The translations under genes and the position numbers were made by a program. Positions 13,501-20,923 of a DNA stretch of 64,000 bases are shown piece by piece; the first letter of the stretch is position 1; every line of letters starts with the position of its first letter. The stretch covers positions 17,287 to 81,286 of IMG/VR virus record IMGVR_UViG_3300012665_000316, one strand, 5' to 3'. Under the pieces are notes generated by a model. That model had not been told where the DNA came from, did no database searches, and saw nothing but the letters and a program-made list of their open reading frames with translations. The stretch is from a virus (taxonomy: Duplodnaviria > Caudoviricetes).

Positions 13501-14758
13501 TGCTGGATCAGTTGTTGAAGTTAGAATGGTTGAACCAGGATCTGGATATCCATACGGTACTGTTTCTGCTACCACAGCTACTACGAATTTAATCACAGTT
13601 GATAACACAGTTAATTTAGTTAATAATCAACCAATTGAATTCTTAGATGCATCAGGTGGTGGCCTAGTAAGAGAACAAACTTACTATGTAATTGGTTCAA
13701 CTATTACATCAACACAATTTAAAGTGGCTAGCACATCCGGAAGCACTACTCCTGTAGTATTAGATACAGCCGCTATATCTGGAATGACTTATAGAGCAGG
13801 CCCGATTACTACATTGACTGATCCTAGTAACGTAGAAAATGCTGTATTAAGAGTGCGACTAGGTGATGGCGGATTAGGTAATCCTTCATTCTCAAATAGA
13901 GGTACAGACAATACAACTGCAACTACTGATGTACTTGGCGATGGTTATAGTGATCTATTCCAAGTAAGCACATTTGTCAACGTGTACGGATTATCAGATT
14001 CACCAACACCTGGTGCAAACGTTGAGTTTGCAAGCATTCCTGGTGCGTATTATAAATTGGTTACTGTAACAAATTATGTTCAAGACCTAAAAAATCCAGG
14101 AACATATACTGCAACATTCCAAATTAACCCAGGTTTAACTACCTTACTAGCACCGCTACACGGTGATAGAGTTACTACAAGACTAGCGTATTCACAAGTT
14201 CGACTAACTGGACACGACTTCTTGTATATTGGTACTGGCGGATTTGATAAAACAAACTATCCTAATGTTGATATTACTACGGCAATACAAGACAACCAAG
14301 CAAACTTCTCAGGTGGTGGACGAGTATTCTTTACGTCAACTGACCAAGACGGTAACTTTAACGTTGGTAACTTGTTCGGAGTACAACAGGCAACTGGTAC
14401 AGCTACATTGAATGCTAGTGCGTTTAACCTAAGCGGCTTGAACAGCTTGCAACTAGGTAGCGTTTCTTTAGGAATTGGATCAGCTATTATTACGCAATTT
14501 AGTACAGATCCGTTCTTTACAGCAGATAGCGATAATATTGTACCAACACAGCGAGCAATCAGAGCTTATATTACAGCACAAATTGGTGGCGGACAAAGCT
14601 CGTTGAACGTAAATACATTAACGTCGGGTGTAATTTACGTTGCTGGAAATTCGATAAGTACTACAACAGGTGCAGGAATTAGCGTAACAAGCAAGATGAA
14701 CTTCACAGGTGGTATTGATGGTGCTCCAGTAGCACTTGGATACTTTTTAACAAGATAA
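4580..14758 (+). CDS. Giant (3392 aa) virion structural/tail-fibre-like protein with N-terminal carbohydrate-binding (CBM5/12-like) repeats
   Basis: N-terminal repeats W...Y..GD.V.YGG..Y.C...H; 8 central CxRD.GY..D...YD...GN repeats; YGNG.FVA blades; C-terminal block shared with the upstream paralogue. Confidence 0.75.
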   Translation: MAEFKLGRIKFVWRGQWVAAREYLVDDVVRNGGQSYICVSSHTASTLFATDLSFIPTKWNLVSGGTNWAGDWDTSIYYNVGDQVSYGGVVYICTEAHVSASTELLGLEDDSDKWDAFAASFLWRNDWTTATRYRLNDLVQYGGTTYVCNTPHVSATTTSTFTVLTASGNGTNATLTFASQIIPPFTVGSTIVIAGINPAGYNNASATVISCTATSVTYANTTTTAYSSGGTVFGDTYFGLEKDQTKWSAFNNGITYVGDWSALERYKLGDVVKYGASTWICTAFHTSTAAFDNTKWEQFTEGLQFESTWSDSTIYQIGDTVIYGGYSYIAKTNNTNKNPRAESADWEVYTTGFNFQGDWSDVTDYLVGDVVRLGGYTYLAVEDNTDEIPPNATYWSRLNSGNKWKDTVQVYTNISAVTVTGSGINASFDVTRSGTVYSVTINNVGQNFANGDTLKVLGNAVGGLSPVNDVSITVTGATLGEIDTVTATGASVTWTTASAYVLGDLVFFGASTYICTAAHTASSLNRPDADTTATYWNLFAGGAASAVLTTPGDTYYYGEQGPTRLPIGSDGQILRVRGTYPAWAFYGVINNLVYVSPTGVDDMSEGRGLTIDKPWKSVRFATDQIERGYQNTNAKSLLEKNKLFMMREVTNWITYTYTVNVASSSNATNLFTADTTENLTVGMPIEFSGTTGGVTAGVTYFVKTIPSDTTFSISNTQTGIVRTLTLGSTPMTGTLSYDSATCERDTGYLVDALIFDISHGGNGKTTIAANAYYTRAGSAYINSNFGQQLTQTVAAYNYLKVLVSDVLSNTLSDNYQDLNNVAYPAEQIIDSTLTAEFGAVNTSVALLNIVTDGLLAGSASAIPAAIFPNSTVSVKTGTYFEVLPITVPNYTAIVGDELRGTVINPQPAIKSLVNDKPKTISALERIKSVIPNLISNATIVPTVGNTEPQQYIINSNESTAEERVRLNVGTMLDVLSTGITELPTFVLPTPTGGTGNAFTAGYLDAARLVYANKAFLQAEVSAWIDAQIAANTSPFNGFTYAGTDRTKCERDVGYIVDALRYDLTYGGNLATVIAARSYYANGVLVEVGEEEQAKAVQLRIKDIIDNIVTGNTAGWTKTPANVLTQNVSGTAGSAPAATFAQARIQEIHNTIDTGVTPTTIAPDITWTAAGLQTFAGNINSTEIQSAAIAWVNHTYPTFIYNTTTCARDAGYIIDALKYDMLLGSNFLSIWNAMSYYRGLTSTDVVLNSQLSPTLGLLGFVGASVLESGKAVTGITGNLNATAYVDRSIDAIYSLVNDGIGALPTEVMTDPSNADVDYVNAKAQIAQNYAFIKADVSKYIEINFPAIWSSIDQATCQRDIGYVLDAIRYDLTYGGNTQSLIAGSSYYTYINLVIDESESVATLAAYAHLKSIIKRIAQRTSITPQSGNAVSQVISGTGDVAGAAGTFAENRVQDIYDWIDNGVAPTRILPNDSWVDSNLVAGFAELQARKAEIQSDGLGYVEKFFQELSFNRDTCSRDIGYMVDAIGYDAMFNSNFASITVGRSYNRAISSAVLVLAEQKSASLGLINFLKYKIQGIIVNGAIAKTSTVIDNIVDSINGGATPKLSWPSYSTVDAENYAAAKLIWENKSFVEAEVLQYISNNYPAVEYNKALCARDVGYIIDAIRYDLTYGGNVATRQSAISYYSQITDGLQIDSNDLTATINAYGQMKTVIQAISQNGAYSALQNKVARLTGPTGDATSATTVGTLIQNAINYITDPDANPITESLPSTSWVSPSIVSVHSLLQTNKATIQAQITTFIATNYPNLVYNSAICERDVGYIIDGIGYDLMFNSNYRSVKAGMSYYQAQASLVIGDQKRATLQSYRELAGIIASYANTNTVAIASIRANMAHIINILDKGVGMTPETHGSLAYRNNVSTVKASEIIKANTAFLAAESTAWIRDQYTSTVISTTTPNVFTTSTSHNFVVGDPVQVTSEEIDALITQVATTGNLVTFQSTTGFVANMKVSVTGIGIGLLTGGTYYIKTIESDTTVTLSSTVGGTAIDPGTASGLLNVTVGGPWAGLNNGTVYYIATIPTATSFTLINDPIVAESITVTAESGVMNIGYAFNDASCKRDMAAYIDGIVYDMIWPGNYKSTKAALLYNNAVAGSQRSDMFWVSNSTGLRNCTLRGLIGDLTEANTYGTKRPTAGAFVALNPGFGPNDREVWVQTRSHYSQNVSMFGTGCTGAKIDSSLHAGGNKSMVKNDFTTIISDGIGVWCTGAGSLTELVSVFNYYGYAGYIADKGGRIRATNGNSSYGTYGVIAEGISSKETPLYGNVNNQGAQAQITNTVTDGLSEILRLEFENTGVNYTNAAYTINGSGFGATAIGDEFRDGTVFQTRIIDADNGEEVGGTSYGTAANAGQSGDTTSITIAATDQALSSAYVGMRIQITAGTGVGQFANIATYETGSKIATVTKPSTGAPGWDHVVPGTPIESALDLTTTYIIEPQISFTGPGYTATARTLAPSATWKAMTYGDNRYVAISGTTLTSYSTNGTSWTQGGALASSSTWVDVVYGGGQGATATAIVGGLGGRGAQLRAVLGVANTTGLPTADQISSVEILDGGQGYLTPPVIVFTPVSGGLGALATCQVLDGKIINVTIVVPGSGYTVAPTVVAATDRITKIIVNSWGSGYTGAPQINIIGGGGSGTTTTAVVTNEGVSRIKLTDTNTFDEDQQAFAGFSGTGYTSTPTVQIVDTSAKFVAIASGSGNNCYNTTANINSTWTAGSSTGKTSLASIAYGGGYYVAVGGTNEAVRSVTGAIWTNASSMPTLGAGTWKAVAYGNGTFIAISTGSNATAKSSNGLAWTSGTVLPASTTWASITYGNGRFVAIASSGTIAAVSYDKGTTWVQTVLPQSVTWTKVSYGQGLFFAIASGTAVCATSPDGVLWTEQAMPSSSGWIDVQFGNINKRPLWTAISGTTGTIAASIRTGATATGRVKVGAGSVVEVRMVEPGSGYPYGTVSATTATTNLITVDNTVNLVNNQPIEFLDASGGGLVREQTYYVIGSTITSTQFKVASTSGSTTPVVLDTAAISGMTYRAGPITTLTDPSNVENAVLRVRLGDGGLGNPSFSNRGTDNTTATTDVLGDGYSDLFQVSTFVNVYGLSDSPTPGANVEFASIPGAYYKLVTVTNYVQDLKNPGTYTATFQINPGLTTLLAPLHGDRVTTRLAYSQVRLTGHDFLYIGTGGFDKTNYPNVDITTAIQDNQANFSGGGRVFFTSTDQDGNFNVGNLFGVQQATGTATLNASAFNLSGLNSLQLGSVSLGIGSAIITQFSTDPFFTADSDNIVPTQRAIRAYITAQIGGGQSSLNVNTLTSGVIYVAGNSISTTTGAGISVTSKMNFTGGIDGAPVALGYFLTR
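6800..10970 (+). repeat. Eight copies of a C-x-R-D-x-G-Y-x-x-D-x-x-x-Y-D-x-x-x-(G/S)-N protein repeat
   Basis: TCERDTGY, KCERDVGY, TCARDAGY, TCQRDIGY, TCSRDIGY, LCARDVGY, ICERDVGY and SCKRDMAAY in the translation. Confidence 0.85.
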
Positions 14759-14773
14759 AACGGAGAAACAAAC

Positions 14774-15094
14774 ATGGCAACAGGAAGATTAGGTGTAACG
14801 GCAATTCCGGCTACTACATTAACAACAGCGTATACAGTACCAACCGGCTTTTATGCTGTTGCTACATTATCAATTACTAACAGAAATACAACTCCAATAA
14901 CAGTAAGAGTAGCGTTATCTGCATCAGGTACCCCAAATCCTGAAGATTATATCGAATACAATACTAGTATTATTGCAAACGGAGTATTTGAAAGAACTGG
15001 CTTGGTAATGCAAGCTGGATTAAATCTAGTTGTATATTCAGATACTGCTAGTGTCGGTGCTACGGTTTACGGCATTGAAACATCAACAGCATAA
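14774..15094 (+). CDS. Small virion-associated beta protein; paralogue of the N-terminal domain of 32418..33605
   Basis: GGAG RBS; PEDYIEY.T.I..NG.FERT aligns by eye with DRDYIEWGT.V..KASFDRT of the 395-aa ORF. Confidence 0.6.
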   Translation: MATGRLGVTAIPATTLTTAYTVPTGFYAVATLSITNRNTTPITVRVALSASGTPNPEDYIEYNTSIIANGVFERTGLVMQAGLNLVVYSDTASVGATVYGIETSTA

Positions 15095-15105
15095 GCGAGA
15101 TAAAA

Positions 15106-15717
15106 ATGGCAAGATATAATACAGTAGCACCAGTTGGAACGTTAACAGGAGCAGGATCACTTGTTACCGCCGACCAAGGTCTTTTTACAGAATTATCTGG
15201 AAGTGCCCCGTACACGGTAAATTTAAGTGATCCACGTAAATCATCAGGTCAGAACCAAATTTTTTACAACAACACATTAGGATTAGTAACATTGCAAACC
15301 CCGGTTGGATCTATTAATGGCCCTGCTTCTAACTCTGGCGTAACATATATTACAACTCCTAAGAGTGTAACTACTTTAACAGCAGTTGGATCAAACTATG
15401 TTGTTACTAGTGCAGGCGGCAACCAGTTTATTAATGTGGATGTTACTACTAGTATTACTGCCCTAGCAAGTCAATTATTGTGGATAAACACTACTTCTGC
15501 TCCGATTACAGTTACGCTACCTGCATCTCCTTCTAAGGGAGATACAGTTCGTTTCATAGACATTGCAAATACATTTGACACAAACAATTTAACTATTGCA
15601 AGAAATAGCAGACCAATCATGGGTGCCGCAGAAGATATGACAGTTAGTACAGAAGGCGCAGCCTTTGATTTAATATTTTATGACGTTACACAAGGTTGGA
15701 GAGTATTTACAATTTAA
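15106..15717 (+). CDS. Tail fibre/baseplate-associated protein
   Basis: C-terminal TLPASPSKGDTVRFID...FDTNNLTIARN...GWR module typical of T4-like fibre/baseplate proteins; structural gene context. Confidence 0.6.
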   Translation: MARYNTVAPVGTLTGAGSLVTADQGLFTELSGSAPYTVNLSDPRKSSGQNQIFYNNTLGLVTLQTPVGSINGPASNSGVTYITTPKSVTTLTAVGSNYVVTSAGGNQFINVDVTTSITALASQLLWINTTSAPITVTLPASPSKGDTVRFIDIANTFDTNNLTIARNSRPIMGAAEDMTVSTEGAAFDLIFYDVTQGWRVFTI

Positions 15718-15726
15718 GGATAGTAG

Positions 15727-16671
15727 ATGGCAACGTACTCAAGTTTTAAGAAAATTAATAGTGATGCTATTGTTGACAGCACCATTGTGGCTGCTGACAT
15801 TGCTTCAAACACTGTTCCGGCCGCCGCGATCACGGCAGGTAATGTACCGTCAACCGCATTTAGTGGTACTGTTACCTCTAGCAAGTTAGCGTCAACGATT
15901 GATCTCAGCGGAAAAACTGTTTCGTATAGACCAATAGTTAATAATGATATATCGGGTAGTGCTGGAATTGCTGGAACAAAACTAACCAGCGGCGCTGCCA
16001 CTACTAATTTAGGATACACTCCGGTTAATCAAGCCGGTGATAGCATGTCAGGACAACTAATAGTTCCAGCTGGAAGTGTTGGCGCACCTAGTATTGCGTC
16101 TAGTGGCAGTACTAATTCAGGTATTAATATAACCACTAACAATGTGGCTATCGTAGCTGGGGGTGCCACCGCAATAAACGTTGACGGCAGCGGCTTTATT
16201 ACTAGACCAAGTCATCCGATATTTCAAGCATGGGGTACAGCGGGCTGGTTATATGCAGGCACTTACGGCGGCACTGGCGAGCGAGAACTACAAAGTCAAA
16301 TGGGATGGGCTACTTCCCATCAATATGGTGCCTCTAATTTTGATCAAAACAACGGTAGATTTACTGCCCCTGTTGCAGGATATTATAGATTTTCAACTTG
16401 GTACTACTTGTTAAACGATGCTAATACTCCGCCTAATTATATACATCCTTTCTTTAGGAAGAACAATAATAGAGGATGGACTAGTGGTGGACGTAGTCCG
16501 TATCTAATGGCCATGCATCAGAATACCAATAGTTACGATGACGGATTCAGCCACAGTGCAGTGATTGATATGGCTGCTGGAGATTTTGTTAGCCTAGCTG
16601 TAGTATGGCACGGTAATAGTAGTCGACATCATGCCGGCCACCAGTATTTTAGTGGACAGTTAATAGGATAA
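15727..16671 (+). CDS. Tail-fibre/receptor-binding protein with C-terminal C1q-like domain (paralogue 1)
   Basis: F.A...FDQNNGRFTAPVAGYYRF...GD.V.L...FSGQLIG C1q signature; N-terminus shared with the next two genes. Confidence 0.75.
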   Translation: MATYSSFKKINSDAIVDSTIVAADIASNTVPAAAITAGNVPSTAFSGTVTSSKLASTIDLSGKTVSYRPIVNNDISGSAGIAGTKLTSGAATTNLGYTPVNQAGDSMSGQLIVPAGSVGAPSIASSGSTNSGINITTNNVAIVAGGATAINVDGSGFITRPSHPIFQAWGTAGWLYAGTYGGTGERELQSQMGWATSHQYGASNFDQNNGRFTAPVAGYYRFSTWYYLLNDANTPPNYIHPFFRKNNNRGWTSGGRSPYLMAMHQNTNSYDDGFSHSAVIDMAAGDFVSLAVVWHGNSSRHHAGHQYFSGQLIG

Positions 16672-16674
16672 ATT

Positions 16675-17643
16675 ATGGCTACGTACTCAAGTTTTAAGAA
16701 AATTACTACCGAAGGAATCATTAACGGTGCTGTCACAGGGGCAACATTAGCCGCTAATTCCATTGTTTCTGCAGACTTTGCCAGCGCCAGTGTGCGCACA
16801 TCAGACATACAAGACGGTGCTGTAGGTACTACGCAATTAGCCAGCACTGTGGATCTTAGCGCAAAAACTATCACGTATAGACCAATTGTTAATGCTGACA
16901 TTGCAACCACTGCAATCACAGGCGCACAGCTAGCCAGTGGAGCAATTGTTAATAATATTGGATACACACCAGCTAGTAAAGCCGGCGCAACTTTAACTGG
17001 ACCATTAAGATTACCTGCTGGATCAGTCGGTGCGCCATCTACAGCCAGTTCTGGTGATACTAATACTGGAATTTATTTTGCAGCCGCAGATCGTGTTGAT
17101 ATTGCTACTGCCGGCGGAAACCCAAACAATTTTGTAAGAAGTGGTGGAAATATATCACACATTCAGCCAAACATGCCAGCATTCCATGCTAGCGGCAACG
17201 GTGGTTGGTACTACGGCAACAGCTTTGGTGGTGTAAATAGATGGACAGAACTTAACACCCTACAACCAGGCGGCGGCTGGGCATGGCAAGTTGTTCAAAA
17301 GGGCGGAAGCAATTGCAGTTCCAATGGTCGTTTTACAGCTCCGGTAGCTGGTTGGTATAGTTTTTATTGCCAGACTTATGCCTACAGCGATACTAACAAT
17401 AGTGCAGGATATACCCACTTTAATATTGGATACAATGGTACCGTCGGTACTGATAGAACTACTGGTCGAGCTCCCCATACACTATACGGTCACGCTGTCA
17501 GTGCTAACCATGTACCTGGAATTATGACCACTTTAGAAATATATCTAAATCCTGGTGATTATGCCATCCCGCACCCGTACATGTCCAGCGCGATACGATT
17601 CCACGGTGACCATAGTTTATGGTGCGGATATTTAATAGGATAA
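16675..17643 (+). CDS. Tail-fibre/receptor-binding protein with C-terminal C1q-like domain (paralogue 2)
   Basis: PAFHA...GRFTAPVAGWYSF...L.PGDY...WCGYLIG; MATYSSFKKI start. Confidence 0.75.
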   Translation: MATYSSFKKITTEGIINGAVTGATLAANSIVSADFASASVRTSDIQDGAVGTTQLASTVDLSAKTITYRPIVNADIATTAITGAQLASGAIVNNIGYTPASKAGATLTGPLRLPAGSVGAPSTASSGDTNTGIYFAAADRVDIATAGGNPNNFVRSGGNISHIQPNMPAFHASGNGGWYYGNSFGGVNRWTELNTLQPGGGWAWQVVQKGGSNCSSNGRFTAPVAGWYSFYCQTYAYSDTNNSAGYTHFNIGYNGTVGTDRTTGRAPHTLYGHAVSANHVPGIMTTLEIYLNPGDYAIPHPYMSSAIRFHGDHSLWCGYLIG

Positions 17644-17651
17644 TAAGATAA

Positions 17652-18620
17652 ATGGCAACCTACAACAGTTTTAAAAGAATAGCTACAGATTCATTTGTTG
17701 CCAACTCAATTGGCAGTGCAGATGTGGGCGCAGGAGCAATAACCAATGGTAAACTAGCAACTGATGCTGTTACATCGGCCAAGGTTGCTACAGGTGCAAT
17801 TGGTGCCGCCCAACTAGATGCTACAGTGGATCTTAGTTCAAAAACAGTTACATATAGAACTATAGTAAATGCAGACATTAGTGGATCAGCAGCCATTGCG
17901 TCTACTAAGTTAGCGGCAGGCGCCGCAACTAGTAATTTAGGATACACCCCGTTAAACCTAAACGGTAGTTCTATGTCCGGACCATTAACCGTAACTGCTG
18001 GCAGTGCAGGCGCACCAGCTATAGCATTGAGTGGTAATACTAATACTGGAATTTACTTTGGTAACGACGATACTGTGCGTATCACTACCGCAGGAACAGA
18101 ACGAGCAAGATTTGATTCAAGCGGTCGTTTCCTACAAGGCACTGCACAATCTAGTGGTAGCCCAATGTTTCAAAGCCACGGAACTGGCGGTTGGTTGTAT
18201 AATAATCAACTAGGTTCTGGAACAGGCTGGCAAGAAATTAACGGTAACTTTGGCTGGACTGGGTACCAACGCGGCGGAAGCAATTTTAATTATGGCAATG
18301 GAAGATTTACCATTCCAGTTTCAGGATTTTATAATTTTCAATGGCTAAGTTATCAACACAACGATACTAGCTGGACCAGCGCCACTGGACACATGCACAT
18401 GGGTCTAAGTAGAAGCGGTAGCATTCAGTCAGGTGGCGGACGCACCCCTCACGGTATATGGGCTCACGGTAACGGTAGTCCTTACCCACACGGCCTGAGT
18501 TGGCAAATTGACGTTTATCAGCCCGCAGGCGAATATGCTGGAATTTTCTGCTACTGGTCCAACAATAATAACAGATTCCATGCAAGTCATTCGTTTTTCA
18601 ACGGATATTTGATCGGATAA
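17652..18620 (+). CDS. Tail-fibre/receptor-binding protein with C-terminal C1q-like domain (paralogue 3)
   Basis: PMFQS...GRFTIPVSGFYNF...FNGYLIG; MATYNSFKRI start. Confidence 0.75.
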   Translation: MATYNSFKRIATDSFVANSIGSADVGAGAITNGKLATDAVTSAKVATGAIGAAQLDATVDLSSKTVTYRTIVNADISGSAAIASTKLAAGAATSNLGYTPLNLNGSSMSGPLTVTAGSAGAPAIALSGNTNTGIYFGNDDTVRITTAGTERARFDSSGRFLQGTAQSSGSPMFQSHGTGGWLYNNQLGSGTGWQEINGNFGWTGYQRGGSNFNYGNGRFTIPVSGFYNFQWLSYQHNDTSWTSATGHMHMGLSRSGSIQSGGGRTPHGIWAHGNGSPYPHGLSWQIDVYQPAGEYAGIFCYWSNNNNRFHASHSFFNGYLIG

Positions 18621-18642
18621 ATACAACGGAGAATACACAAAC

Positions 18643-19272
18643 ATGGCACAATTTTCGGTTTTTTTAACAGCTCTAGAAAGCAAACTACTAGAGCACACAG
18701 TGGCTAATCCGTCAGACTGGATAGATAATCTAGTCGAATGGAGAGTACGGATTGCTCAAGACGAGTATCTTCCAACAGCAATTGAACAACTCAAAGCCAG
18801 TGGCGCTACGAGTATTCCAGCGAGTCGCGACGCAATAATTTTAGCAGTAGATTTGCCCGCAAAGGATCCTAATTGGACACCGGTTGAGAGAGACGATCCC
18901 ACTGATGATTTAGTTGTAGAATATACATTTGATTTGGAAGACGATGACATTAAAATGTTAGCTTGGATGTATGAAAATCCCCATACACATATTCGAACAT
19001 GGATCACAGAACGTTGTCAGGTTGCTATTAAAGAAAAAGCAGATGATATTTTTAAACAACTATTAGCAGACCCAACCTGGACTGATCCAATTCCAACTGA
19101 TCCGGCTGCTTTAATTGATCTTGTAGAAATAAAAACGGCTGCTCAGCACTTAGCAGAAACTACAGCGGCAATGGCAGTACTACAGGCATCGTTGTCTACA
19201 GATGGCGGCGAGCCATATGTGCCCCCTACTATTCCGTTTATGACTTTTAAGCATCATAACTCAAATACTTAA
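18643..19272 (+). CDS. Two-repeat helical protein, possible fibre-assembly chaperone or accessory
   Basis: Internal duplication (NPSDWIDNLVEWRVRIA.DE...IP / NPHTHIRTWITERCQVA.KE...IP); own ATAAATA box at 18617 and GGAG RBS; directly follows the C1q genes. Confidence 0.45.
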   Translation: MAQFSVFLTALESKLLEHTVANPSDWIDNLVEWRVRIAQDEYLPTAIEQLKASGATSIPASRDAIILAVDLPAKDPNWTPVERDDPTDDLVVEYTFDLEDDDIKMLAWMYENPHTHIRTWITERCQVAIKEKADDIFKQLLADPTWTDPIPTDPAALIDLVEIKTAAQHLAETTAAMAVLQASLSTDGGEPYVPPTIPFMTFKHHNSNT

Positions 19273-19288
19273 AAATTAGTATAGTAAT

Positions 19289-19314
19289 AAAAAAGCACCC
19301 TCGGGTGCTTTTTT
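19289..19314. terminator. Bidirectional intrinsic terminator between the convergent fibre and enzyme operons
   Basis: aaaaaa-gcacc-ctcg-ggtgc-tttttt, with A/T tracts on both sides. Confidence 0.9.
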
Positions 19315-20923
19315 AATCTTTGTTGTTATAGTGTTTCTTTTTTAAGTATTGATAGTGCGTAGGACACTTGTTAGCAACTAGTTCATTTTTTATCTTTTTC
19401 TGAGCCCAATATTGTTGGGTGACAATGTTAAAAATGGGTGTATCATTATTAGAACATAATTTATCATATTTGATTTTTTCTAACGACATTCGATTCACTG
19501 GCAAACTATGATTTCCTACAAATATATCTGGAAATCCTCCATCGTTTGTGCCAAGCTCATGCGATCGTAACATTTTACCAGCAATATCAGATGCTAGTGT
19601 ATGTAGTTCAGACAGGTCCTTATCAATCATACGGCGATCCATTTCTATGTTTTCAGTAACATGTTGCCAGTACGGAGTATCTCTACGCGATGATAATGTA
19701 TAATGACAAGTAACAAAGGTCTTAAAACTCTGCATAGTTAGATTAGCCATATAATTAAACCAATCAACATGCATTTTATTAACTTGCTCGTTATCTAGTG
19801 TTTGGAATAATAAAACTAGCATTTCTTGAACACTAAACAATCCTGTACTTTCTAAAGGTTCTATAAATGCGTAAGACAATCCTACACCTACTACATTTTT
19901 CTCCCAACATTTATCGTGTGTACCGTTTTTAATTTTAACTAATCTAAATTCTAAATTATCCGCACGATTGGGATCATGATATTTCATCTTGTCACTATTT
20001 AAATACTTTTTGTATTCTTGTAGCGCATCTTCTTCGCTGATAAATTTAGTACTGAATACATAACCGCTGCCAATACGATGATATAACGGAATATTCCAAA
20101 CCCATCCGTTATTATATGCTGTACAATTTGTGACATTTTCCATCTCAGTTTCTTTATCACTGTATGGTACATGACAAGTCCAAGCACGGTCGTTAGGTAA
20201 TAAGCTATTAAAACTTTCAAACGGTACGCCCATGGCTTGTTCTAATAACATAGATTTAAATCCAGAACAGTCAATATATAAATCGCCTCTGACTTGTTCG
20301 CCGTTTGTTAAAACAAGATAGTCAATATAACCGTCTTCTTCTTTAACAATATGTTCGATATGTTGTTGAGTATGTTTAACACCGGCTGGGATACAAAATT
20401 TATCTCTTAAAAATTCACCAAATAATGCCGCATCCATATGATATGCCGCATCATTTTTAAAACTATACCCTTCTAGTTTATAGTCAACGCCGTCGCATAT
20501 TTTATTATTGTAAATTAACGGCATTGAGCTATACATACAATCGTAAAAATCATTCCAAGATGTTTCCGGGTATAGTAATTTTTTGTAATACCAATCAGTA
20601 GTACCGTTAATTGTATTTTTTCTGTCTTTTACCCCAAATGGATAATAAAATGACTCGCCTTTCTTGTAAAAATCAGTGAACTTAATAGCTAGTTTATGTG
20701 TGGCATTACAGTACGGCATCCATTCTTCATCCTTTAAATCTAGAAGATGCAAGAATAAATTTAATGTACCTAGTGTTGATTCTCCTACACCTACTGTAGG
20801 TACATCGGGAGATTCCACTAGTTCAAAATTAATGTTGGGGAACTTTTTTGATAGAAGTGCGGCACTCATCCACCCTGCACTACCTCCACCAACTATTACA
20901 ATTTTTTTAATAGGTTGTTTCAT
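19313..20923 (-). CDS. Flavin-dependent tryptophan halogenase family protein (PrnA-like)
   Basis: GGGSAG FAD motif, CNATHKLAIKF (catalytic Lys), WVWNIP, FIEPLESTG. Confidence 0.9.
   Translation of the reverse strand: MKQPIKKIVIVGGGSAGWMSAALLSKKFPNINFELVESPDVPTVGVGESTLGTLNLFLHLLDLKDEEWMPYCNATHKLAIKFTDFYKKGESFYYPFGVKDRKNTINGTTDWYYKKLLYPETSWNDFYDCMYSSMPLIYNNKICDGVDYKLEGYSFKNDAAYHMDAALFGEFLRDKFCIPAGVKHTQQHIEHIVKEEDGYIDYLVLTNGEQVRGDLYIDCSGFKSMLLEQAMGVPFESFNSLLPNDRAWTCHVPYSDKETEMENVTNCTAYNNGWVWNIPLYHRIGSGYVFSTKFISEEDALQEYKKYLNSDKMKYHDPNRADNLEFRLVKIKNGTHDKCWEKNVVGVGLSYAFIEPLESTGLFSVQEMLVLLFQTLDNEQVNKMHVDWFNYMANLTMQSFKTFVTCHYTLSSRRDTPYWQHVTENIEMDRRMIDKDLSELHTLASDIAGKMLRSHELGTNDGGFPDIFVGNHSLPVNRMSLEKIKYDKLCSNNDTPIFNIVTQQYWAQKKIKNELVANKCPTHYQYLKKKHYNNKD

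Noticed and set aside
2509-18620. Repeat pair and C1q paralogues considered as a diversity-generating retroelement
   Set aside because: No reverse transcriptase in the window; the 54-bp pair has one synonymous mismatch; the C1q tips are far too divergent for an adenine-specific template/variable repeat pair.
331-18698. Many 60-130 aa minus-strand ORFs inside the fibre genes (e.g. 331..561, 6541..6849, 15714..16019, 16629..16967, 17660..17947)
   Set aside because: Antisense shadows of Thr/Ala/Gly-rich coding sequence; no RBS or promoter, no motifs, and they repeat in register with the paralogous sense genes.
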